Positions 23,041-33,330 are shown, counted from the stretch's first letter. The stretch is DNA of 64,000 nt from Candidatus Latescibacterota bacterium (GCA_965221775.1 CBDCSU010000006.1:2176001-2240000), one strand, 5' to 3'. Notes: a model not told the origin generated them from the letters alone. Translations and numbers: made by a program.

Positions 23041-26000
23041 CCCGGAGACATGTCGCCCGGCGTTTCGATCCAGTGGCTCCGCCGCTGGAAGGGGTACCCC
23101 GGCAACGCGACCCGGCGCCGCGCCTCCCCCGCGAACAGACCTGCAAAGGAAACGGCGAGCCCCGCCTCGTAGGCAGCCGCCACGGCTCTTGCGAAGGCGT
23201 CGTCCCCCGGCCGGTGCCGGGTCAGGCTCGAGAGCACGGCCGGCGCCGGGGTGCCTTCCGCGGACTCCGGCCACGCCGGAGGCACCATCGGCGCCAGCAC
23301 CGCATCGGGGCCGATCTCCACGACCACCTGCACGCCCAGCTCGGCCAGCGTCTCCACGCATCGGTCGAAGGCCGCCTGCTCAAGCGCCTGCCGGTGCCAG
23401 TACGCCCCGTCGGGGGGGGCGCCCGCCTCCATCACTCGGCCGGTGGCGCTGCTCACCAGGGGGAGGGAGGGCGGCGCCACCGCGGCGCTATCAGGGCCGT
23501 CCGGATCCCCGTCGCCCCGTGCCGCCGCAAACCGCAACCCTTCCTCGAGACTGAAGACGCCGGCAGCCTGTGCCGCGGCCAGCTCTCCGAGGCCCGGCCC
23601 GACCACCGCGCCGGGACGAATCCCGACGCTCGACCACAGCGCCGTGAGGGCGCACTGCAGCGAGTACAGGGCCGCCGGGGTCCACGCGGGGTCGTCCAAC
23701 GCTCCGTCCGAACCGGCCCGGCCGAACATCACGTCGAGCAGGGAAGCGCCACCGCCGCGCTCTTCCCGCAGCACGGCGTCGCAGCGGTCGAGCACCCCGC
23801 GGACCACCGGCTCGCTCTCGTACAGCTCCAGGCCCATGCCGGCCCACTGGCTGCCCTCGCCGGTAAAGGCGAAGGCCACCCGGGTCGTGGCCGTCGACTC
23901 CGGACGTCCCTCCCCCTCCTCCAGGCTCCGGAGGCCGCTGCGCAGCGACGCGGCATCGCCGAAGACCACGCCGGTCCGGTGGTCGAAATGGCTCCGCCCC
24001 ACGCCGGCGGTCCACGCCATGTCGGCCAGCAGGGCCTCGCCGGTCGCTTCGGACGAGAGCTCGGCGCTGCGCTCGTCGAGCCAGGCCAGGTACCCCCGGG
24101 CCAGCTCCCGAAGGGCGCCGTCCTCCTTGCCCGACAGCGGCAGCAGCCGCATCCGGCGCCGCCCTGATCCCGGCTCCGGCAGCGGCAGATCCGCCAGCGG
24201 CCCGGGCATGGACACGGTGACGGGTTGCGCCGGGCCGGCCGGCAGGGGATCCTCGGCTGCTTCGCGGCCTTCCACCACGACGTGGGCGTTCGTCCCCGAT
24301 ACCCCGAAGGCGCTGACCGCGGCCCAGCGCGGCCGGTCGGGACGAAGAGGCCAGTCCGTCGCCTCCGAAGTCACCCGCACGGGGAGCCGCTCCCAGTCAA
24401 GGTGCGGGTTCGGGTCATGGAAGTGCAGCTGCCTCGGGATCCGCCCCCGTCTCATGGCCAGCACCGTCTTGATCAGCCCCGCGACACCGGCGGCCGTCTC
24501 CAGGTGGCCGATGTTGGTCTTCACCGAGCCGATCAGCAGGGGTCGGTCCTCCTCGCGTCCCCGGCCGTAGACCGCCGAGGCGGCCTGCACCTCGATCGGG
24601 TCGCCCAGCGCGGACCCGGCGCCGTGGGCCTCCAGGTAGTCCACTTCGGCGGGCGGGACTCCCGCCCGCGACAGCGCCTGCTCGATCACCCGTTCCTGGG
24701 CCGGACCGTTCGGCACCGTCGGGCCCGCGGTGGCCCCGTTCTGGTTGACCGCCGACCCGCGGATCACCCCCCAGATGCGGTCGCCGGCGGCCTCGGCATC
24801 CCCCAGCCGCTTGAGGACGACCATCCCGCAGCCTTCACCGCGGACGAAGCCGTCGGCGGCGGCATCGAAGCTCTTGCACCGGCCCTCGGGCGACAGCATC
24901 CCCAGCTCCGCCATCTCCCGGGTCAGCCCGGGGGACAGGACCGCGTTCACCCCCCCGACCAGGGCGAGGTCCACCTCCCCCTGCCCCAGGCCCGTCACCG
25001 CCTGGTGCACGGCGACCAGCGAGGAAGCGCAGTTCAGCTCCACCGGCATCGTCGGCCCCTCCAGACCCAGGACGAAGGAGATCCGCCCGACGGTCATGCT
25101 CCCCGAGGTGCCCAGGTAGCTGATGTCGCCCTCTCCGGCGGCCATCAGGTCGCGGTACTCGCTGGCGGCGATACCGGCATAGACCCCGGTGAGGCTGCCT
25201 CTCAATCCGTCGGCATCGATACCCGCATCCTCAAGAGCCTGCCAGCTCGTCTCCAGGAGCAGCCGCTGTTGCGGGTCCATGCCCCGCGCCTCGACCGGCA
25301 CGATCCGGAAGAACCTCGCATCGAACTCGTCGATCCCTTCGAGGAACCCGCCCTGCCGGTAGGGGGTGAAATCACCGGAGAGTTCCGGGGCGCTCCGGGA
25401 ACTCGAACTCCAGCGGTTGTCGGTCACCGCGTCCGCCCCGGCTTCGAGCTGACGCCAGAATGCGGCGAGGTCCGGAGCACCGGGGAACCGGCAGGCCATG
25501 CCGACGATGGCGATGCCGTCGCCCTCGCGCTGCACCGCGGGGGGCTGCTCCTGCGGCTCCGGCTGCGCCTGCACGGCCGGGGCGCCGCTGACATCGCCGA
25601 GCTCACCGGCCAGGTGACGGGCGAGGGCGGCGATGTCCGGGTAGTCGAAGACCACGGTGTTCGGTGCCGCGTACTCCCCGGCGAAGGCGCGGTTCAGCCG
25701 GTTGCGCAGCTCCACCGCCATGAGCGAGTCGATCCCCAGATCGAAGAAGCCCACCGCGGGCTCGGGCGACGTGGGCAGCCTCAGCACCGCCTGGACCTCC
25801 TGCTGCAGGAAGGAGACGAGCAGATCTTCGCGCGCCTCCGCGGGCGCGGCCCCCAGTTGGGAGAGCAGGTCTTCGGAGGTGCCTTGTGAGTCCTCCGAGG
25901 CATCCTCGTCTGCCGGCAGCAGGTCATCGAACAGGGACGGGCGGCCCTCGAGGGCCTCTCCGAAGACGGACCAGTCCGCCGCCAGGACGACCGAGGTCGC

Positions 26001-29000
26001 GGGATCCTCGCGCAACAGCCGGTCGAGCACGCCGAGGCCCTGCTCCGGGCTGAACCAGCCGGTTCCGGCGGCCTCCCGCCGCCGGGCGATCCGCTCGCGC
26101 TGCTCCTCGGCCTCGCCGAGGCCGGACCATGCTCCCCAGGCGATGGCCTGTCCGGGAAGCCCCAGGGCGCGCCGGTGGGCGGCGAGCTGATCGAGGAAGG
26201 CATTGGCCGCCGCGTGGTTCGCCTGGCCCGGGTTGCCCAGGATCCCGGCGACGCTCGAGAACAGGACGAAGAGGTCGAGGTCGCTGTCGGCGGTCGCCCG
26301 GTGCAGGTGCCAGGCGCCGAGGACCTTCGGCCAGAGAACCTGCTCGATCCGCTCCCAGGTCTGGTTCGCCAGGGAAGCATCCGCCAGCACGCCGACGCTG
26401 TGGATCACGCCGCCCAGGGGCGGCAGGTCCCCCTTGATCCGCTCGAGCATTGCGTCCACCGCGCCGGCATCCGTCACATCGGCGAGTTCCACCCGCACCG
26501 TGACCCCGCGCTCCTGGAGCGCGGCGATCGTCTCCTCGGCCTCCGCGTCCGGGGCCCGCCGGCCGTTCAACACGATCGCCCCCGCGCCCCGCTCCGCCAG
26601 CCAGCCGGCCAGGGCGCATCCGATCCCGCCCAGGCCGCCGGTCACCAGGTAGGTCCGGTCCGGCCGCAGCCGCCCCTCCGCCAAGGGCGGTGCGGTGAGC
26701 ACGATTTTGCCGATGTGCCGGGCGTCGCGCATGAACTCCATGGCGGCTCCCGCCTCGGCCAGGGGCCACCTGCAGTGGATGAGGGGCTCCAACTCTCCCG
26801 CCCCAAGTTGCTCCATCAGCTTCCGGAGCGCCGCTCCCGGCCGCGCCGGGTCCTGTTCCTTCAGCACATCCATCTCCAGGATGGAGTAGCCCACGTCCGG
26901 CCGGGCGGCCGCCATCTCCTCCTCGCTCAGGATGTCGCGCCGGGCCAGCTCCACGAATCGGCCCCCCTGCCTGAGGCAGGAGAGACTCGCCTCGATGAAG
27001 CCCTCTCCCGTGAGGCTGTTGAGCACCACGTCCACGCCGGCGCCGTCCGTGGCTTCGAGGATCTCCCGGCCGAAGTCCGTCGAGCGGCTGTCGAAGATGT
27101 GCTTCACCCCGAGGGATCGGAGATACGCCTGCTTGGGGGCGCTCGCGGTGGCGAAGACCTCCGCCCCGGCGGCCTGCGCCAGCTGGACGGCGGCGAGCCC
27201 GACGCCGCCGGCGGCGGCGTGGATGAGCACCCCCTCGCCGGCCTTCAGTCCCGCAAGATCGAAGGAGAGGGCGGAAGTCACGAAGACGGTGGGAATCGTG
27301 GCGAGGGCGGCCACCGGGATCCCGGCGGGCGCGGGCGCCACCAGTTCCTCCCTCGTCACCACTTCCGGTCCGAAGGTGCCGAAAGCCAGGCCGACGACAC
27401 GGTCGCCCACGGAGACGGTGGAGGTCTCGGAGCCGACCTCGACGATGCGGCCGCACATCTCCTCGCCCATCAGGCCTTCACCGACCAGGCCCATGGCGCG
27501 GAAGACGTCGAGGAAGTTGAGCCCGCGGGCCTCGACGGCGACGCGGACCTGCCGCGGCTCCAGGGAACGCGCCGGCAGCGGCTTGACCTCAAGCTCTCCG
27601 ACCACGCCGCCGGGTCCCGGCGCCAGCAGCCAGTCCGAACCCTCCGGCAGGGCGAGGGGCGGCGAGGCCCGAACCAGGCGGGCCAGGCGGCGGCGCCCGG
27701 CCCGGTACGCGACCTGGGTCTCGGAGTCGGGGAAGAGCAGTTCCTCCGACAAGTCAGCGGGCAACTCCGGCGCCTCCGGGTCGAGATCGAGCATCTTCGG
27801 ATTGACCTGCCCCGCTTCCCTGGCCACCACTCTGCCGAAGCCCCACAGCGTCGCACCGGCGAGCTGCCCCGCGCGCTCCCGCTCCAGAACCTGTGCCCCC
27901 CGGGTGACGAACCACACGCCCTTCTCGGGGGTCAGATCGGCATCGATCACGCCCTGCGTCAGCGCCAGAGCGGTCGCCGCCGCTCGCCGGGCATCCTCCC
28001 CCATCTCCTCCGTGGACGCCCCCGCCCCGTGACCGTCCAGGGCCGCGAGATGCACGATACCGCCGAGCGGCAGGTCACCCGGAAGCTCCTCCAGAAGGGA
28101 GCGCCAGGACTCGCGCCGGTCGATCTCCACGGCTCTTCTGACGACACCGTTCGCGCCGGGCGCGGATCCTGCGTTCCCCGGCGATTCCCCGCCGGCCAGC
28201 ACGACCGTCTGGTTGCGCGCCGCCAGCTGATGCGCCAAGGCCTCCGCCGCGCCGCCCCGGTCCTGTGCCAGAACCCATGCGGCCGGCGGCAGGACCACCT
28301 CCACCGGTCCCTGGGCCACGATCACGCCCCGGTCGGGCAGCCCGGCCGACTCGGACTCGTCCACCCCCAGGATCTGCACGTCGCCGAAACCCGTGTCGGC
28401 GAGGGCTTGGCGCCACACGTCGGGGCCCGCCAGGGCGTGGTCCGAGCGGTAGCGGTCGGCGAATCGCCACCAGCCGTCGAGCTGGCCGAAGATCAGGTCC
28501 ATCCAGCCTCTGCCGCGCTGGTTCTCCAGGGCCACGAGCTGGCCCGCCGGCGCCAGCAGCTCCCGGCAGTGCATCAGCGTCTCGTCGAGATACTGCGTCG
28601 CGTGCAGCACGTTGGCGGCGATCAGCAGGTCATACGCGTGGGACTCGAAGCCCTGGGCCGCCGGCTCCTTCTCGATATCCAGGACGCGGTACTCGATCGG
28701 CGTGTCCACCTGGCTGAAACGGGCCTCCGCGTCGGCGAAGAACCCCGCGGAGATGTCGGTGTAGGTGTAGTCGAACCGCCCCGCCGGAAGCCCGGGCAGG
28801 ACGCACTCGGTGGCCGACCCGATGCCGGCGCCGACCTCCAGCACCCTGAGCCGCCGTCCCTCCGGCAGCCCGGCGGCGATGGTCTGCACCACCTCTCCAA
28901 GCATCCGGTTGGCGGCTTTCCACACCGGCGCCCTGCGGTAGAGGTCGGCAGCCTGCGGTTCGGCGTCGCCGAAGAGCAGCGACAGGGGGTCCTCACGGCC

Positions 29001-32000
29001 GCGCAGCACCTCCGCCAGCGCCCCGGCGCATCGCCGGATGAGCCCGACCTCGTTCGTGCCGTGGGAGTAGCGTCCGCTCATGCTGGCGGCATGCTCGTCG
29101 GGATCTCCCGGCATTCCTTCCGGCAACGGGTCTTGCGCCCCGACGGCCACCACGGAGCCCTCGCCCGCCGCCTCCACCACGCCCGACCTGGCCAGGATCT
29201 CGAGGATCCGGCGGAACAGCTGCGAGTGGTCCGGCAAGACCTCCAGGTCCTGGCGCAAGCCCTCGGGGTCCACGGCGGCGCCCGTCGTGCGCTGCCAACC
29301 CAGCTTTTCCAGGGTCGAGAGCGCATACGACCACGACAACCGCTCCAGGTCGGCTTGCAGGGCGGCCTCCTCCTCGACGCCGACTCCTTCGGCGGCCAGG
29401 TACCGGGAGAATGGCTCCGAGCGGGGGGCTACGCTCGACGGGCCCGGGAGGAAGTCGGCGGACGGCATTCCCGGCGAGAGGACGCCGTCCCGCCAGACCA
29501 CTTCGTACAGGAGCTCGTCCAGCCCTTCCACGACGGAGAGCAGCGCCTCCCGGGTGGCACGTTTCACCGTGTATCCATCCAGACCGCCCAGCAGGTTTCC
29601 GCCCGGGTCGTAGATCCGCAGGTCCCCGGTCAGGACCTCCGGCGGCTCGGACTCCGCCTCCGGCGACGGGGTCCAGTCTCCGGACATGCGCGCATGACAG
29701 ACGATCCGCTCCGGGAGGGCTCCCTCGATCCACAGCCGTTCCCAGCCGAAGGGCAGATAGGTGACCCCTTCCAGGCTCCCCGCCTGGTCGCGCGCCGCGG
29801 CCATGACCTGGAAGCAGCCGTCGAGCAGGAGCGGATGGGCCTCGATGCCGCCGGGGTCGACACCGGCCGGAAGAGCGACCTCACCAAGGGCCTCGCCCGC
29901 CCCGGACCAGACCGCTTCGAGCGTGCGGAACGACGGACCGTGGACGATCCCGACCCCGGCCTTGGCGCGGTAGATGGCGGCCACGTCGCGCGGCGCCAGA
30001 CCGGTCTTGAGGCCCTCCAGGTCGGGCCGCTCCTCGGTCGGAGGCCCGCCGGCGTCGGGAGACACCCGGCCCTCGGCGTGCAGTGTCCATTCGTCTCCGG
30101 AATCCCCCCTGCTGAGGATCCGGATGCGGCGCTCCTCGCCGGACCCGTCGAGCAGGATCTGCACTCTGCGGCCCGGGTCGCCGGACCCGTCGCCACCCTC
30201 CTCCTCGGGGAAGACCAGCGGGTTGTGGAGCTGCACGTCCTCCACCGCGTCCCGTCCGCTGCCCTCCGCGACGGAAGCCGATACCGCCATGGCCCCGTAG
30301 AGCGCCCCCGGCGCCAGGAGCCGGCCGAAGACCCGGTGGTCCTCCAGCCAGGCCGGGTCCGAGGGAAAGAGCTCCGTATCGAAGGCGACCTCCCCGTCGG
30401 CGGACTCGTGGCGGCTGTCGAGCAGCGGGTGTCCGGCCGCCGGGCGCTGGCGCCGCGGCGCCTCGACCCAGTGGCTCTGAAGCTGGAACGGGTACCCCGG
30501 CAGCGAGATCCGGCGCCGCTCCTCGCCGGCGAAGAGGCCGGCCAGGGAGACCGGGAGACCCGCCTCCCAGGCTTTGGCGACCGCCGCAAGAAACGCCCGG
30601 TCGGCTTCTTCCTGCGACACCCTGGACGAGGGGCGCAGCATGCTCGACAGGGCCGCCGGAGGCCCGCTGCCACCGGTCCCGTCCGGCCACGTCAGGGTCG
30701 CCATCGAGCCGAGCACCGCGTGGGGACCGATCTCGACGATCAGGTCGACGCCGAGGGAGGCCAGCGTCTCGATGCTCGGGGCGAAGGCAACCGGCTCCCG
30801 CGTGTGCCGGCGCCAGTAGGCCCCGTCCAGCCGCTCTCCGGATTCCAGCACCCGGCCCGTCACGTTGCTCACCAGCGGGAGCGACGGCGGAGCCATCTCC
30901 AGGCCGGAGGCGACGGCCCCCAGCTCGTCGAGCATCGGCTCGACCAGCGGACTGTGGAAGGCGTTGCGGGTGTGCAGGCGGTTGACGCGGATCTCCTCGG
31001 CGAGGAAGCGCTCCGAGAGGGCGGCCACGTCCTCCTCGGGGCCGCTGACGACCTGGTGCGCGCCGTTGTAGGCCGCAATGCTCAGGCCCACCCCGGCGGC
31101 CTCGGCGTTGTGCTCATCGATCGCCGCTTTCACCTGCGGCGCGTCCGCGAAGACCGCGGCCATGGCCCCGGCCGGGAGCCGGGAGGTCAGCTCACCCCTC
31201 GCCGCGACGAACCGCAGTCCCTCCTCGAGGCCGAAGACCCCGGCGGCCTGGGCCGCGGCGAACTCCCCGAGGCTGTGTCCCAGAACCACGCCGGGGCGGA
31301 TCCCCAGGCTCGCCCAGAGGGCGGTGAGGGCGCACTCCAGGGCATAGATCGCCGGCTGCGTCCACTCCTGGTCGGAGAGGTCCGCCGGCGGCCCGGCCCG
31401 GTCGAACATCACGTCGAGCAACGAGGTGCCGCGGTCCTGCCGCAGCACGGCGTCGCAGCGGTCCAGCACCGCCCGCGCCACCGGCTCGCCGCGGTACAGC
31501 TTCTCGCCCATGCCGGGCCAGTGGCTGCCCTGGCCGGTGAACACGAAGGCCACCTTGGAGGGCTCCGGGGGGGCCGGGCCCGCCCCCGACGCGGCCAGCG
31601 CGCTCAAGCCGTCGCGCAGGGACTCGACATCATCGAAGACGACACCGGCCCGGTGCGCGAAGTGTCCGCGGCCGATGGCGGCGGTCCAGGCCATGTCGGC
31701 GAGCACCGTGTCCGCGGCACTCCGTGAAGAGAGCTCCCCGGCGCGCTCGTCGAGCCACGACAGGTACTGCCCGGCCAGGTCCCCGAGGGCCTGATCCGAT
31801 CTTCCCGACAGCGGCAGGAAGCGGGTCTCCCGCGCAGCGGGCTCTGCCTCGGCCGCCGGACGGCCGTCGAGCGCCTCGGGAAGGGAGACCGCAACCCGCA
31901 GGCCGGGACCGGCGGGTGAGTGCAACTCACCGCTGGCGGCGGCATCGCCATCCGGGGTCCCGTACCCCTCCAGCACGACGTGGGCGTTCGTCCCCGACCA

Positions 32001-33278
32001 CCCGAACCCGCTGATCCCCGCCGTCGGGGGGCGGCCGGCCTGCAGCGGCCAGGCGGTCTGCTCGGAGGTGACTCGCAAAGGCAGCTGGCCCCAGTCCATC
32101 CGCGGGTTCGGCTCGTGGAAGTGGAGGTGCCGGGGAATCACTCCCCGCTGCATGGCCAGCACCACCTTGATCAGGCCGGCGACCCCGGCCGCCGGCTCGA
32201 GGTGGCCGATGTTGGTCTTCACCGAGCCGATCAGCAGGGGGCGGTCCGTCTCGCGTCCCCTGCCGTAGGCGGCCGCCGCGGCCTCGAGCTCGATCGGGTC
32301 TCCCACCTCCGTCCCGGTGCCGTGCGCCTCCAGGTAGTCCACCTCCGACGGCTGGACCCCCGCGCGGGACAAGGCGTCCCCGATCACGCGCTCCTGGGCG
32401 GCCGCGCTCGGCACCGTCAGCCCCGGGGTGGCCCCGTCCTGGTTGACCGCCGAGCCGCGGATCACCCCCCAGATGCGGTCGCCGTCCGCCTCCGCCTGGC
32501 GCAGGGGCTTGAGGACCACGATGCCACAGCCTTCACCCCGCACGTAGCCGTTGGCCGCGGCGTCGAAGGTCTTGCAGCGCCCGTCCGGCGCCAGCATCCC
32601 CGCCTTGCCGCGCAGCTCGGACAGCCGTCCCGACAGGATCAGGTGAACGCCCCCGGCGAGGGCGAGGTCCGCTTCCCCCCGATGCAGGGCGGAGACCGCC
32701 TGGTGAATGGCCACCAGCGACGAGGAGCAGGCGGTGTCCAGCGCCATCGCCGGTCCGGCCAGATCCAGCGCGAAGGCGACCCGGCCGATGGCGGTGTTGA
32801 AGGAGGTGCCGCTCACCGCGTAGAGGCTGTCCGCCGGCTCGGTGATCTCCCTTCGGGACAGGATCAGACTGCGGTAGTCGTGATTGCTGATCCCGGCGTA
32901 CACCCCGGTGCGGCTGCCCTTCAGGCGGCCGGGATCGATCCCGGCGTCCTCCAGGGCCCGCCAACAGGTCTCCAGCATCAGCCGCTGCTGCGGATCCAGC
33001 AGGTCCGCCTCGACCGGGGAGATCCGGAAGAAGGCGGCGTCGAAGAGGTCGATCCTGTCGAGGAAGCCACCGAACCGGCAGGACTCGCTCTGAACCTCGG
33101 CGTCCGGGAACAGCTCTCCGAAGCGCCCGACCCCGGAGCCCGGAACGACCTCGATGACCCCGTTCTCCCCGGCTTCGAGGAGGCGCCAGAATGCGGACAA
33201 GCCCTCTGCCTTGGGAAACCGGCACGCCATGCCGACGATCGCTACCGGCCGTTGCGCGGAAACGGGTGACTCGGTCAT
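23037..33278 (-). CDS. supA: Sup-type type I PKS/FAS, ~3413 aa: KS-AT-DH-cMT-ER-KR-ACP-KS-AT(degenerate)
   Basis: ATG 33278 with GGATGGAG RBS. KS1 DTACSSS/HGTGT/GHLE; AT1 GHSLG and NAFHS; DH HRVFGRLLAP; MT LEVGAGIGS; ER LIHAAAGGVG; KR TGGLGGIG; ACP LGIDSLM; KS2 ELNCASS/HGAGS/GHLE; AT2 GPGLG. Architecture and downstream ACP-PPTase-hydrolase match the sponge-symbiont sup cluster. Confidence 0.9.
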   Translation of the reverse strand: MTESPVSAQRPVAIVGMACRFPKAEGLSAFWRLLEAGENGVIEVVPGSGVGRFGELFPDAEVQSESCRFGGFLDRIDLFDAAFFRISPVEADLLDPQQRLMLETCWRALEDAGIDPGRLKGSRTGVYAGISNHDYRSLILSRREITEPADSLYAVSGTSFNTAIGRVAFALDLAGPAMALDTACSSSLVAIHQAVSALHRGEADLALAGGVHLILSGRLSELRGKAGMLAPDGRCKTFDAAANGYVRGEGCGIVVLKPLRQAEADGDRIWGVIRGSAVNQDGATPGLTVPSAAAQERVIGDALSRAGVQPSEVDYLEAHGTGTEVGDPIELEAAAAAYGRGRETDRPLLIGSVKTNIGHLEPAAGVAGLIKVVLAMQRGVIPRHLHFHEPNPRMDWGQLPLRVTSEQTAWPLQAGRPPTAGISGFGWSGTNAHVVLEGYGTPDGDAAASGELHSPAGPGLRVAVSLPEALDGRPAAEAEPAARETRFLPLSGRSDQALGDLAGQYLSWLDERAGELSSRSAADTVLADMAWTAAIGRGHFAHRAGVVFDDVESLRDGLSALAASGAGPAPPEPSKVAFVFTGQGSHWPGMGEKLYRGEPVARAVLDRCDAVLRQDRGTSLLDVMFDRAGPPADLSDQEWTQPAIYALECALTALWASLGIRPGVVLGHSLGEFAAAQAAGVFGLEEGLRFVAARGELTSRLPAGAMAAVFADAPQVKAAIDEHNAEAAGVGLSIAAYNGAHQVVSGPEEDVAALSERFLAEEIRVNRLHTRNAFHSPLVEPMLDELGAVASGLEMAPPSLPLVSNVTGRVLESGERLDGAYWRRHTREPVAFAPSIETLASLGVDLIVEIGPHAVLGSMATLTWPDGTGGSGPPAALSSMLRPSSRVSQEEADRAFLAAVAKAWEAGLPVSLAGLFAGEERRRISLPGYPFQLQSHWVEAPRRQRPAAGHPLLDSRHESADGEVAFDTELFPSDPAWLEDHRVFGRLLAPGALYGAMAVSASVAEGSGRDAVEDVQLHNPLVFPEEEGGDGSGDPGRRVQILLDGSGEERRIRILSRGDSGDEWTLHAEGRVSPDAGGPPTEERPDLEGLKTGLAPRDVAAIYRAKAGVGIVHGPSFRTLEAVWSGAGEALGEVALPAGVDPGGIEAHPLLLDGCFQVMAAARDQAGSLEGVTYLPFGWERLWIEGALPERIVCHARMSGDWTPSPEAESEPPEVLTGDLRIYDPGGNLLGGLDGYTVKRATREALLSVVEGLDELLYEVVWRDGVLSPGMPSADFLPGPSSVAPRSEPFSRYLAAEGVGVEEEAALQADLERLSWSYALSTLEKLGWQRTTGAAVDPEGLRQDLEVLPDHSQLFRRILEILARSGVVEAAGEGSVVAVGAQDPLPEGMPGDPDEHAASMSGRYSHGTNEVGLIRRCAGALAEVLRGREDPLSLLFGDAEPQAADLYRRAPVWKAANRMLGEVVQTIAAGLPEGRRLRVLEVGAGIGSATECVLPGLPAGRFDYTYTDISAGFFADAEARFSQVDTPIEYRVLDIEKEPAAQGFESHAYDLLIAANVLHATQYLDETLMHCRELLAPAGQLVALENQRGRGWMDLIFGQLDGWWRFADRYRSDHALAGPDVWRQALADTGFGDVQILGVDESESAGLPDRGVIVAQGPVEVVLPPAAWVLAQDRGGAAEALAHQLAARNQTVVLAGGESPGNAGSAPGANGVVRRAVEIDRRESWRSLLEELPGDLPLGGIVHLAALDGHGAGASTEEMGEDARRAAATALALTQGVIDADLTPEKGVWFVTRGAQVLERERAGQLAGATLWGFGRVVAREAGQVNPKMLDLDPEAPELPADLSEELLFPDSETQVAYRAGRRRLARLVRASPPLALPEGSDWLLAPGPGGVVGELEVKPLPARSLEPRQVRVAVEARGLNFLDVFRAMGLVGEGLMGEEMCGRIVEVGSETSTVSVGDRVVGLAFGTFGPEVVTREELVAPAPAGIPVAALATIPTVFVTSALSFDLAGLKAGEGVLIHAAAGGVGLAAVQLAQAAGAEVFATASAPKQAYLRSLGVKHIFDSRSTDFGREILEATDGAGVDVVLNSLTGEGFIEASLSCLRQGGRFVELARRDILSEEEMAAARPDVGYSILEMDVLKEQDPARPGAALRKLMEQLGAGELEPLIHCRWPLAEAGAAMEFMRDARHIGKIVLTAPPLAEGRLRPDRTYLVTGGLGGIGCALAGWLAERGAGAIVLNGRRAPDAEAEETIAALQERGVTVRVELADVTDAGAVDAMLERIKGDLPPLGGVIHSVGVLADASLANQTWERIEQVLWPKVLGAWHLHRATADSDLDLFVLFSSVAGILGNPGQANHAAANAFLDQLAAHRRALGLPGQAIAWGAWSGLGEAEEQRERIARRREAAGTGWFSPEQGLGVLDRLLREDPATSVVLAADWSVFGEALEGRPSLFDDLLPADEDASEDSQGTSEDLLSQLGAAPAEAREDLLVSFLQQEVQAVLRLPTSPEPAVGFFDLGIDSLMAVELRNRLNRAFAGEYAAPNTVVFDYPDIAALARHLAGELGDVSGAPAVQAQPEPQEQPPAVQREGDGIAIVGMACRFPGAPDLAAFWRQLEAGADAVTDNRWSSSSRSAPELSGDFTPYRQGGFLEGIDEFDARFFRIVPVEARGMDPQQRLLLETSWQALEDAGIDADGLRGSLTGVYAGIAASEYRDLMAAGEGDISYLGTSGSMTVGRISFVLGLEGPTMPVELNCASSLVAVHQAVTGLGQGEVDLALVGGVNAVLSPGLTREMAELGMLSPEGRCKSFDAAADGFVRGEGCGMVVLKRLGDAEAAGDRIWGVIRGSAVNQNGATAGPTVPNGPAQERVIEQALSRAGVPPAEVDYLEAHGAGSALGDPIEVQAASAVYGRGREEDRPLLIGSVKTNIGHLETAAGVAGLIKTVLAMRRGRIPRQLHFHDPNPHLDWERLPVRVTSEATDWPLRPDRPRWAAVSAFGVSGTNAHVVVEGREAAEDPLPAGPAQPVTVSMPGPLADLPLPEPGSGRRRMRLLPLSGKEDGALRELARGYLAWLDERSAELSSEATGEALLADMAWTAGVGRSHFDHRTGVVFGDAASLRSGLRSLEEGEGRPESTATTRVAFAFTGEGSQWAGMGLELYESEPVVRGVLDRCDAVLREERGGGASLLDVMFGRAGSDGALDDPAWTPAALYSLQCALTALWSSVGIRPGAVVGPGLGELAAAQAAGVFSLEEGLRFAAARGDGDPDGPDSAAVAPPSLPLVSSATGRVMEAGAPPDGAYWHRQALEQAAFDRCVETLAELGVQVVVEIGPDAVLAPMVPPAWPESAEGTPAPAVLSSLTRHRPGDDAFARAVAAAYEAGLAVSFAGLFAGEARRRVALPGYPFQRRSHWIETPGDMSPG
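24502..24542. repeat. 41-nt exact repeat shared between KS2 and KS1 (second copy 32200-32240)
   Basis: aggtggccgatgttggtcttcaccgagccgatcagcagggg occurs at both positions. Confidence 0.85.
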
Positions 33279-33330
33279 GATGCTCCATCCATGGGATTCG
33301 GAGGCGTCTCCAGATCGTTGCCTGCCCGGA

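Noticed and set aside
26175-31727. 1850-aa plus-strand ORF inside the PKS
   Set aside because: Antisense in-register shadow typical of high-GC coding DNA; no recognisable motifs
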